A stretch of DNA of 64,000 bases from NCBI GenBank assembly GCA_964512765.1, contig CAZEKF010000004.1, positions 15,739 through 79,738 of the forward strand, given 5' to 3'. Position 1 is the stretch's first letter; each line of letters starts with the position of its first letter. The position numbers and the translations under genes are program-made. The notes under the pieces were generated by a model. It searched no databases. It saw nothing but the letters and a program-made list of their open reading frames with translations, and was not told the DNA's origin. Of this stretch, positions 28,336 to 36,773 are shown one piece after another. The stretch comes from an uncultured Methanosarcinales archaeon. GTDB lineage: Archaea; Nanobdellota; Nanobdellia; Woesearchaeales; GW2011-AR15.

Positions 28336-29259
28336 ATGTATGCTATAGAAGTTAAAAATGTAAACAAAATGTTTAAGCATAAAGATAGAGATATTTATGC
28401 TCTTCAGGATGTTTCGTTCAATGTAAACAAAGGAGAAATATTTGGTTTTTTAGGACCAAATGGAGCAGGTAAAACTACTTTGATAAACATTTTAACTACA
28501 ATTCTAAACCAAGATTCAGGTAGTGTAAAAATTGAAGGATTGGATGTTTCAAAAAATACGTATAAAGTTTTAGAAATAATAAATACATCAAGTGGCAGTG
28601 CAATCTGTCATCATTTACTAAAAGTCAAAGAAATCTTAAAGTTTTATTCAAGGTTATATAGCACATCCGAGAAAAAGCGAATAAAAAGAGTCAAAGAAAT
28701 AATTAAATCATTGGAAATTGAAGATTTGCTTGAAACAAAGTTTGGTGTGTTGTCAAGCGGCCAGAAAATGCGGACAATACTTGCAAAAGCATTATTGAAC
28801 TATCCTAAAGTATTGTTGTTAGATGAACCAACAATTGGTATGGATCCTGACATTGCAATAAAAACCCGAAAGTTAATTAGAAAAATCAATGAAAAAGAAA
28901 AATGCACTATTTTGTTAACAAGCCATTACATGCACGAGGTTGAAGAATTATGTGAAAGAATAGCGTTTATAAACCATGGCAAGATAATTGATATTGGAGA
29001 TATTAAAAAACTAAAAGATAAGAGATTCTTTGGTTTTAAAGTTATAATTAAAGTTAAGGAAATTATCAATAAACAGTTTTTACTTAAAAATAAATTTGAA
29101 GTTAAAGGAAATACCCTACTTAAAAGGGTGCAGACAGACGATGAAGTTAGTAATATAATGGAGCTATTAAGTAAAAACGGTTTTGTTGTGTTATACATTG
29201 AGTCAAAATCACCAACATTAGAAGATTATTTTATAAAAATGAGTAACATGAAAAAATGA
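28336..29259 (+). CDS. ABC-2 exporter ATP-binding protein
   Basis: GPNGAGKTT, LSSGQ, LLLDEPT, TSH. Confidence 0.9.
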   Translation: MYAIEVKNVNKMFKHKDRDIYALQDVSFNVNKGEIFGFLGPNGAGKTTLINILTTILNQDSGSVKIEGLDVSKNTYKVLEIINTSSGSAICHHLLKVKEILKFYSRLYSTSEKKRIKRVKEIIKSLEIEDLLETKFGVLSSGQKMRTILAKALLNYPKVLLLDEPTIGMDPDIAIKTRKLIRKINEKEKCTILLTSHYMHEVEELCERIAFINHGKIIDIGDIKKLKDKRFFGFKVIIKVKEIINKQFLLKNKFEVKGNTLLKRVQTDDEVSNIMELLSKNGFVVLYIESKSPTLEDYFIKMSNMKK

Positions 29260-30038
29260 ACTTAAGAAGAATACTTGCAGTTATTGAACGTGATCTAAGA
29301 TTAACACTAAGATTAAAATGGCGTTTAGTTGAAACATTATATTTCCCAATTACAAACGTTATTTTATGGGGCTTTTTCACGATCTGGACCCAGAATCTAG
29401 CAATTGAAGCAGCATTTACATTACTTGCGATTAACATGTTCTGGACATTTGCATACCAGTCTCAATCAGGTAGTAACCAACAAATGATGGAAGATAGATG
29501 GACACAAAGTTATCCGCAGATATTAACAACACCATTAAGACCTACTGAATATTTGATTGGTAAGACTTTTTTTGGAGTAGTGTTTACAGGTATTAGTTTC
29601 CTAATTACATTAATATTGGCACATACTGTGTTTGATTATACAATTTTTATTGAACATTTTAATTTGTTTTTGATATTGTCAGTAATAACAATTATTGCTT
29701 CAGTTAGCCTTACAATACTTGTTGCTTCAATTATCAATGTACTAGGAGTGCATTATGCGTTTTTATCATGGTCAGCAATGCAGCTTGTTGTACTGTTTTC
29801 AGCTCCATTTTTTCCATTAACAATATACCCACCTGTACTTCAGGCTATTTGTAAATTTGTACCTTACACATGGGTGTTTGAGTCAATAAGAATGGTCGGT
29901 GCACAAGGGTTTATCCATACCTCTTTCTTGTTAAAAGGATTAGGCCTTAGTATTCTTTACCTGGCAATTGCTGTTCCAATATATTATTACACAATGGACA
30001 AAGCAAGAAAGTCTGGGAAGTTAGTTAAGATTTGGTAG
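29256..30038 (+). CDS. ABC-2 exporter permease
   Basis: 6 TM; EDR..S...ILTTP..P.EYLIGK; SAPFFP; ATGA overlap with the ATPase. Confidence 0.85.
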   Translation: MNLRRILAVIERDLRLTLRLKWRLVETLYFPITNVILWGFFTIWTQNLAIEAAFTLLAINMFWTFAYQSQSGSNQQMMEDRWTQSYPQILTTPLRPTEYLIGKTFFGVVFTGISFLITLILAHTVFDYTIFIEHFNLFLILSVITIIASVSLTILVASIINVLGVHYAFLSWSAMQLVVLFSAPFFPLTIYPPVLQAICKFVPYTWVFESIRMVGAQGFIHTSFLLKGLGLSILYLAIAVPIYYYTMDKARKSGKLVKIW

Positions 30039-31199
30039 TTTTTTATTCTCTCTAACCATCAACACTAAAGCAATCGCAATAGTTACTGTCGCAGCTATTC
30101 CTAAACTACCTGGATAGAAATAATTTATCATAGAATTACCTATTACTGGCCCGATAATTTGTGACATGCTTCTCAACGAGTTCCTAACACCGTTAATAGC
30201 GCCTTGTTCTTTTTCATTAACTTGCCGAGATATGTCTCCGGATAATAACGGTATTGCAAGTCCTGCACCTGCAGAAAATAATGTCATTACAATTACAAAC
30301 AACCAAACTTGGTTTAGGAAAGTTAAAAAAATCATGCCAAGAAGTATTGAGTTTACACCAATGAACCTTAGTTTACGTTCACCAAACCAGTCAATTAATT
30401 TATTAAGTAAAAACCCACGCATAATAATACTAATAACACCTACGTAAGTTAACAAATAACCAATATTGTCTGATTGAAACCCAAATGTTCTTTCTGCAAA
30501 AAAAGCTAAACCAGTTACATAAACAGCATGTGTTAATGAAAATGAAAAATATTGCCAAAGCTTTGATGATACTTTTTTATTATGAAAATATTTTTTGAAA
30601 TCATTTAAATGAAACGCTTGTTTTAGATTGAATTTAATTTCCTTTTTTCTTTTAACTGTTTCAGGTAAAAAGAAATAAGTTGTGATTATTGTCATTAAAG
30701 AAACTCCTGCTGCAATGAATGAGGGTATGCTGTAATTAATCTTTGCTAAATAACCTCCAATACCTGGCCCAATAAGAAATCCAATTCCGAACGCAACACC
30801 AATCATCCCAAATGCTTTGCTTCTATTTTTTTTTGAAGAAATATCACTAATATATGCTTGTGCAATTGTCATGTTACTTCCTAACATACCATCAACTATT
30901 CTTGATAATAATACTAACCAGATAGTGTTTGCAAATCCTAAAATAATAAAACTAATAAAAGTTGATAACTGTGAAAATATTAACATTGGTTTTCTACCGT
31001 AATAATCGCTTAACTTGCCCATGATTGGCGCAGATACAAACTGAAACAATGAAAATGTCATTAAAATAAGACCGTATGTTAAAGGTGTTGCACCAAGTGA
31101 TTCAACATAGAAAGGTAAAAATGGAAGTATCAAAGAAAACCCAAGAACTTCTGTTAAAATAATGAAAAAGATTATTGTGTATTCTTTTGAAAACTTCAT
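30021..31199 (-). CDS. MFS transporter (TetA/DHA1-like)
   Basis: GKLSDYYGRKP motif A, RIVDG, GFLIGPGIGG. Confidence 0.9.
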   Translation of the reverse strand: MKFSKEYTIIFFIILTEVLGFSLILPFLPFYVESLGATPLTYGLILMTFSLFQFVSAPIMGKLSDYYGRKPMLIFSQLSTFISFIILGFANTIWLVLLSRIVDGMLGSNMTIAQAYISDISSKKNRSKAFGMIGVAFGIGFLIGPGIGGYLAKINYSIPSFIAAGVSLMTIITTYFFLPETVKRKKEIKFNLKQAFHLNDFKKYFHNKKVSSKLWQYFSFSLTHAVYVTGLAFFAERTFGFQSDNIGYLLTYVGVISIIMRGFLLNKLIDWFGERKLRFIGVNSILLGMIFLTFLNQVWLFVIVMTLFSAGAGLAIPLLSGDISRQVNEKEQGAINGVRNSLRSMSQIIGPVIGNSMINYFYPGSLGIAATVTIAIALVLMVRENKKLPNLN

Positions 31200-31222
31200 T
31201 ATTCCTTGAATTAAGAAGTGGT

Positions 31223-31885
31223 TTATATGTTTTTAGATGCATTTAATTTGAAATAAACTTTTGTTCCTCCAATAACTAAAGTAACAAATAGAAATAACAA
31301 CCAGTTGAATTTTACACCTTCTTTAAGAAGGTTATCGAAGAAGTTACCGAATAGTCCAGCGTAGAAACTATTTACAAAAGTCAATAAGATTCCTCCACCT
31401 ATAATCATAACCATTGCTTGAGGAAAAGGGTATTTAGCATAGAAAAACCTCATAGGAAGCATTACGAGTAATCTAAGTATTGAATACCATATTGTTGTAA
31501 CTATAATATTTCTTCCCACTATTAAATATACATAAGGAATTATAAAACAAACAATGAATTGGGCAACTGCATCTTTCATTATAGTTATCCAGTCTGGGAA
31601 ACTGCCAACAATTCTCGATCCAATATTGATTATTATTGAGAATAGTGCTCCACTCAGTCCGCTAATATTAATAGCTACGATTATACTGAAAATGTCTACC
31701 ACGTCAAACAGCATTAACCATTCTCCTGGGGGAGGAGTTCCTACTCCAGGTAGTCTTGACCAAAAAGCTACTAATGCGAACAAAAAAACCGTACTGGTTA
31801 CGGATTTAAATGGGAGAAATAAAATTATTCCAATGTATAAAACAATTGTTACAAAATTAACTAGCCGCCATTGTACTGAAAACAT
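31223..31885 (-). CDS. Integral membrane protein (ECF S-component-like)
   Basis: Multiple TM segments; DVVDIFSIIVAINISGLSGAL. Confidence 0.65.
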   Translation of the reverse strand: MFSVQWRLVNFVTIVLYIGIILFLPFKSVTSTVFLFALVAFWSRLPGVGTPPPGEWLMLFDVVDIFSIIVAINISGLSGALFSIIINIGSRIVGSFPDWITIMKDAVAQFIVCFIIPYVYLIVGRNIIVTTIWYSILRLLVMLPMRFFYAKYPFPQAMVMIIGGGILLTFVNSFYAGLFGNFFDNLLKEGVKFNWLLFLFVTLVIGGTKVYFKLNASKNI

Positions 31886-31920
31886 TTGAAAAAGTAGTGG
31901 GAAGTTATTAATAAATTTCA

Positions 31921-31940
31921 GTCGTAATATTTGTTACGAC
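31921..31940. promoter_or_regulatory. Putative operator of the TrmB-like regulator
   Basis: GTCGTAA-tatttg-TTACGAC inverted repeat immediately upstream of TTTTAAATA, between divergent genes. Confidence 0.6.
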
Positions 31941-31973
31941 AATTTTAAATATTAGTTTTGTTTTAATTAATTT

Positions 31974-32741
31974 ATGGATATTACTTTGTTTGAAGATCTT
32001 GGATTGACAGAAAATGAGTCTACAATATATTTAACATTATTAAAAGAAGGAGAGTTAACAGCTAACGAAGCAAGTGAAAAAACTGGATTGCATCGTAGTT
32101 ATGTATACGATACTCTTTCTAAAATGGCGAACAAAGGTTTTGTTAGTTACTTGATAAAATTAGGAAAAAAGCATTTCAAAGGAGTGCATCCAAACAAATT
32201 TCTGAAAATGCTTAAGGAAAAAGAAGAAAAAATTCAAGAATTAATTCCTGAACTATTAAAAGTGTATAAAGAGGAAAAAGCGGACTATAATATTGAGATT
32301 CTAGAAGGTAAAGAAGGCCTAAAAACTTTTTATGACACTTTGTTTGATTATCTTTTTTCTGAAGATCCTAAAGAGGTGTTACAATTAGGAAGAAAAGAGC
32401 CCATAGAAGAGCATGTTGTTAAATATTACAGAGTTAAAATGACAAAAGAAGCTGAAAAATTAGGTATTATGAAAAAGTTAAAACAAGGAAAAATGAAAGC
32501 AAGATCATTACTTGACTACTCTGTAAAAAAAGAAAAACGTCTTATTAAAGAACTAATGCCTTATAGATATTTACCAAAAGAATTTGATACAAAAGGAAAG
32601 GATTTGTTGATTGTTGGAGATAAAACAACCATTGAATCAACAGAGGGAAAACCTTTTGTTATAGTAATATCCAATAAAGGAATAACAGATTTTTTTAGAG
32701 AAATGTTTAATGCTTTGTGGAATATCTCTGAAGAAGAGTAA
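31974..32741 (+). CDS. TrmB family transcriptional regulator
   Basis: LGLTENESTIYLTLL...ASEKTGLHRSYVYDTL HTH, EGKEGLK, C-terminal FNALW. Confidence 0.9.
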   Translation: MDITLFEDLGLTENESTIYLTLLKEGELTANEASEKTGLHRSYVYDTLSKMANKGFVSYLIKLGKKHFKGVHPNKFLKMLKEKEEKIQELIPELLKVYKEEKADYNIEILEGKEGLKTFYDTLFDYLFSEDPKEVLQLGRKEPIEEHVVKYYRVKMTKEAEKLGIMKKLKQGKMKARSLLDYSVKKEKRLIKELMPYRYLPKEFDTKGKDLLIVGDKTTIESTEGKPFVIVISNKGITDFFREMFNALWNISEEE

Positions 32742-32755
32742 TTATTACCACATTT

Positions 32756-34534
32756 TTAAGTATCATCAATGATTTCAACACACGCTCCATTTTGACAAAC
32801 TGTACCAGGTATCATATCTGAACAGTTTCTATACCTTTCAACAACCTGTCCATACGCATTACATGCATACTCAGTAATAAATTCATCAGAATTACAATAA
32901 TCTGTTCCTTCCATGGGTTCACCTTGAGCGGTATATCCTGTAGCACTACCTGTTTTATTATAAATCCAACCAGATTCAGTAGTACCATATATTATCCCAA
33001 CGTCTGTGTCTTCACACAACCTTATACATGCACCATCTACACACCCATCTGGACAATCTATTGCTTCATTTACTCTTAGATCATTTTCACAATATTGTTC
33101 AATTACCTGTGTGCCAGAAAAACAAAATTCACTAAATTCATTGTCACAACCAGCGCAAGTATCAGAGTTTCCATTTGCAGATCCTTTTATGAAAGGTTCT
33201 TTACCTTCATCAGAATCAACACATTGTGGAACATCATCACCGCATAGTACCCAGGGGTTGACATATTTCACACCACATTTGCCATCATTGTTACATTTTT
33301 CTTTACAAAACTCATGTGCAAGGCTAGCCCAGTGTGATACTGTTTGGCAGTCATATTCTGAACCACCTTCAGATCTTTCTCCATTATAACACACCCACAT
33401 AGCCCTACGTCTAGTTTCTTTTGAATATATACATGCGCCGTTTAAACAACCTCTTTTAAGCCCGTCGGGTGACGCAAACATTGGACAAGTAAATTCTATA
33501 TTTTTAATTTCACTGTTTTCACAATAATATTCAGTAACTCTTTGTTCAATTCTGTTTGGATGATCCCAGTCACTCTCAACCCAGTCATTGCAATAATCGT
33601 CATTACTATTATCATTCAGAGAGGTTTTACCTTTGACATAAAACTCTTTACCTTCATCCGAATCAACACATCCTATATCACAATCTAAACATATATCTAC
33701 ACAATTATTATTCAAACATTCCTGATTTTCTTCACATTCTAAATCAGTCACACATTCAAATTCATCATCTGTGTCGTCTTCATCAATATCATCATCGTCA
33801 ATAACAATACAAACATTGTTTGCACAGGTTTCATTAATATCACAATCTGCATCAGAAACACAATCTGGCGGTTCAACAGGTTCAGTCTCGTTACATTGGC
33901 CCAGATAATCACCGTGTGCTAAATGAGAATCTATTGCAGATAACGAAATTTCTATGGTATGCGCTGACCCAGTATTTCCTGGAGGGATGTGACAAATCAC
34001 AACTTTTTCGTTTTTTTCTTCCTGCTCTTCTTCATCAGGCTTTTCTTTGTTTTTTTTATTCTCTGAATCTTTATATCCAGATTGTTTTATTGTATTAATC
34101 TCGTTAAGAAAATTACTGGTCTCATCCTTATTAGGATTGTCGTTGTTTATTGTTTGCTTATTAAACCTTTTTTCAACTTCATTATAATGTGCGTCCAGAT
34201 GTGATTGAATAAATTCTTTGTTTTTTGCTTTTGCTTTGTTAGACAGTTTTTCAACATAAGTGATTGTTTTTAAATATTCATCCTGTGCTTTTAGAGTTGC
34301 TTCGTTATTCTCATTTTCAGCCATTTGTTTAGCTTCTTCAAGCCTTTCATTGGCTACCTCAATTGCTTTTTGAGCCTTTTTTTCCTTATTAAATGTTAAT
34401 GTTACTGATATTTTATCAATAAATACATCAAATCCATAAAAAAATGAATCAGGAGTAACTCCTGCATCTGTAGCAGAAACTATTGGCATAAATAGTATTA
34501 ATAAAATTAATAAAACAGTTTTTTTCATTATCAT
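32756..34534 (-). CDS. Secreted surface protein: DUF5667-like helical domain, ICHIPPGN module, Cys-rich CxDSD repeats
   Basis: Signal peptide; AGVTPDSFFY...ANERLEEA; KVVICHIPPGN...HLAHGDYLGQC; CVDSDEG...E.YC...C..GAC units. Confidence 0.8.
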   Translation of the reverse strand: MIMKKTVLLILLILFMPIVSATDAGVTPDSFFYGFDVFIDKISVTLTFNKEKKAQKAIEVANERLEEAKQMAENENNEATLKAQDEYLKTITYVEKLSNKAKAKNKEFIQSHLDAHYNEVEKRFNKQTINNDNPNKDETSNFLNEINTIKQSGYKDSENKKNKEKPDEEEQEEKNEKVVICHIPPGNTGSAHTIEISLSAIDSHLAHGDYLGQCNETEPVEPPDCVSDADCDINETCANNVCIVIDDDDIDEDDTDDEFECVTDLECEENQECLNNNCVDICLDCDIGCVDSDEGKEFYVKGKTSLNDNSNDDYCNDWVESDWDHPNRIEQRVTEYYCENSEIKNIEFTCPMFASPDGLKRGCLNGACIYSKETRRRAMWVCYNGERSEGGSEYDCQTVSHWASLAHEFCKEKCNNDGKCGVKYVNPWVLCGDDVPQCVDSDEGKEPFIKGSANGNSDTCAGCDNEFSEFCFSGTQVIEQYCENDLRVNEAIDCPDGCVDGACIRLCEDTDVGIIYGTTESGWIYNKTGSATGYTAQGEPMEGTDYCNSDEFITEYACNAYGQVVERYRNCSDMIPGTVCQNGACVEIIDDT

Positions 34535-34703
34535 TATAAGATATAATATTTTAGATATTACTATAAATATTTTGCCAAAAAAAATAATTTGAGATAATAT
34601 TTAATCACCCATAACCTTTATATATTTTTAAACTAACCACTACAGAATACAACAATCATTCTTACTCTTGGTTCTTGTATTATTAGCGAGGTGTTTATTA
34701 ACA

Positions 34704-35129
34704 ATGGAAGTAAAAGAAGGTAGTAAAGTAAAATTTCATTACAAAGGAACTTTGAAATCTGGAGATGTTTTTGACAATTCTGAAGGCAGAGAACCGTTAG
34801 AGTTTGAAGTTGGTAAAGGCATGATCATTCCAGGATTGGAAAAAGAAATGATGGGACTAAAGAAGGGCGATAAAAAGTCAATAACAGTAGCAGCAAAAGA
34901 AGCGTACGGTGAACCTAATAAAGAATTAATAAAAGAAGTTCCAAAAGGTCCTGTTCCTGAAGGTATGAAATTAGAGAAAGGTGCAATGTTATACTTGAAA
35001 ACACCTGAAGGCCAACCGTTTCCTGCAAAAGTTGTTGAAGTTAAAGAAGAAACAGTTGTTTTAGATCTTAACCATCCTTTAGCAGGTCAAGACCTTACGT
35101 TTAATGTTGAGATTGTCGAAGTCAGTTAA
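34704..35129 (+). CDS. slyD: FKBP-type peptidyl-prolyl isomerase (SlyD-like, no His-rich tail)
   Basis: VFDNS, IIPGLE, EAYG, LDLNHPLAGQDLTFNVEI; GAGGTG RBS favours ATG 34704. Confidence 0.9.
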   Translation: MEVKEGSKVKFHYKGTLKSGDVFDNSEGREPLEFEVGKGMIIPGLEKEMMGLKKGDKKSITVAAKEAYGEPNKELIKEVPKGPVPEGMKLEKGAMLYLKTPEGQPFPAKVVEVKEETVVLDLNHPLAGQDLTFNVEIVEVS

Positions 35130-35161
35130 TTTTATATATTATTTATGATTTACTTTTTTGT

Positions 35162-35221
35162 ATGATTACTAAATGTAGTAACGATAATAATTTCTGTACA
35201 GATGATTGCGGTAGCAGTTAA
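35162..35221 (+). CDS. Putative leader peptide MITKCSNDNNFCTDDCGSS upstream of ppcA-aspS
   Basis: ATG about 25 nt after TTTATATA (35131); stop lies in GCAGT-taa-ACTGT hairpin followed by TTTCTTTTT. Confidence 0.5.
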   Translation: MITKCSNDNNFCTDDCGSS

Positions 35222-35267
35222 ACTGTCATTGAGTTTCTTTTTATATATAATTAATAGGTGAATTATA

Positions 35268-36728
35268 ATGAAAATCCCAAGAGCAATGTCAACACAACAT
35301 CCGGATAATGTAAAACAACCGTTTTTTGTAGAAAATTCTGTAATCGGCGGTGATGATGAGATTAAAGAAGCGTTTTACGCGTTCTCACATCTTAAAATAA
35401 AAGAACAGTTATGGGACTGTGAAGGTAAAGAAGTTGATAACTTTGTTGTTGAAAAATTATTAAGTAGGTATGAGCATTATTTCAGAGAAAATAAAATTGG
35501 TAAAGATATTTTTATTACTTTGAGAAGTCCAAACCCAAGGATTGAGAAAGGTAAAGGAAAGTTATTACTTGAAACATTAGAAAGCATACCAAGGAATTAT
35601 GACATTGCTAAACAGTTTTACGGTGAAGACATTGCACCTATATTTGAAATAACAATACCCATGGTGTCAAATGCTAACGAGATTCTTAGAGTTAAAGATT
35701 ATTATACTAAATACATTATTGAAAAACAAAACAAAATTGCAAATGATATCAAAGTTAAAGATTGGGTTGGCGAGTTTAAACCTGAACAGATTAAAGTTAT
35801 TCCTTTGATAGAAGACAAGGATAGTATGTTAAATGCTGATAAAATTGTAGAAGAATATCTGTCTAAAGCAAATGAAAAAGAGTATCAAAGAGTGTGGCTG
35901 GCCAGGAGTGATCCTGCTTTGAACTATGGTAATTTAGCAGCTGTTTTAGTTAATAGAATAGCGTTCCAAAGATTGCATAAATTACAGCAAAAGTTATCAA
36001 TTGAATTATTACCTATAATAGGCTGTGGTTCTGTGCCGTTCAGGGGTAACTTTCGTCCTGATAACATGCAGAATATACTAAAAGCATACCCAAGTGTTCA
36101 GACGTTTACATTACAATCTGCGTTTAAATACGATTTTCCTGAAGAAGATGTTAGAAAAGCAGTTGAGTTATTGGATAACACACCAAGAAAAGATCCAAGA
36201 AAAATTAATGAAACAAAAGCACTTGAAATTATAGAAAAAACATCTAAAGAATATCAGAAACAAATTATACAAATAGCTCCATTGATAAACCAGATAGCTA
36301 ATTATGTTCCTCAAAGACGAAAAAGAAAAATGCATATTGGTTTGTTTGGCTATTCAAGAGATGGTTCCGGTGTTAAACTGCCACGTGCAATTAAATTTTG
36401 TGCGTCATTATATTCACTAGGTATACCACCAGAATTGTTTGGACTAAACGCACTAGATGAAAAAGAGTGGGAATTTATTTTTGAAAATACAGGTGTTGAA
36501 AAAGATATTAAAGATGCATTGTTATTTTTGAACAAAGATAATCTATCAATACTACCTAAAGACATTCAGAAAGAATTAATGTCTGTCATTAACAATTTTA
36601 ATGTTGAACCAGATCTTAAACACAAAAAGATTACATCAATCATATTCAATGACTATAAAAAAAATAATCTAATTGCGTTGTCAGAAAATATTGAACGAGC
36701 AGCTAGTATTAGGAATTTTTTAGGATAA
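35268..36728 (+). CDS. ppcA: Archaeal-type phosphoenolpyruvate carboxylase
   Basis: IPRAMSTQHPDN, WDCEGKEVD, LARSDPALNYG, PFRG, GLFGYSR, LPRAI. Confidence 0.95.
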   Translation: MKIPRAMSTQHPDNVKQPFFVENSVIGGDDEIKEAFYAFSHLKIKEQLWDCEGKEVDNFVVEKLLSRYEHYFRENKIGKDIFITLRSPNPRIEKGKGKLLLETLESIPRNYDIAKQFYGEDIAPIFEITIPMVSNANEILRVKDYYTKYIIEKQNKIANDIKVKDWVGEFKPEQIKVIPLIEDKDSMLNADKIVEEYLSKANEKEYQRVWLARSDPALNYGNLAAVLVNRIAFQRLHKLQQKLSIELLPIIGCGSVPFRGNFRPDNMQNILKAYPSVQTFTLQSAFKYDFPEEDVRKAVELLDNTPRKDPRKINETKALEIIEKTSKEYQKQIIQIAPLINQIANYVPQRRKRKMHIGLFGYSRDGSGVKLPRAIKFCASLYSLGIPPELFGLNALDEKEWEFIFENTGVEKDIKDALLFLNKDNLSILPKDIQKELMSVINNFNVEPDLKHKKITSIIFNDYKKNNLIALSENIERAASIRNFLG

Positions 36729-36773
36729 TATAGATAAAATATTTAAAATAAAGATGAGTAAGAGGTTAATACA

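Noticed and set aside
34646-34682. Hairpin AATACAA...TTGTATT in the slyD 5' region as an RNA thermometer
   Set aside because: AU-rich, weak and does not clearly cover the GAGGTG RBS
35145-35261. Val/Ile-rich frame interrupted by TGA upstream of ppcA as a selenocysteine or read-through ORF
   Set aside because: No SECIS-like element seen, the ATG is too close to the TATA box, and it is the shifted frame of the proposed leader
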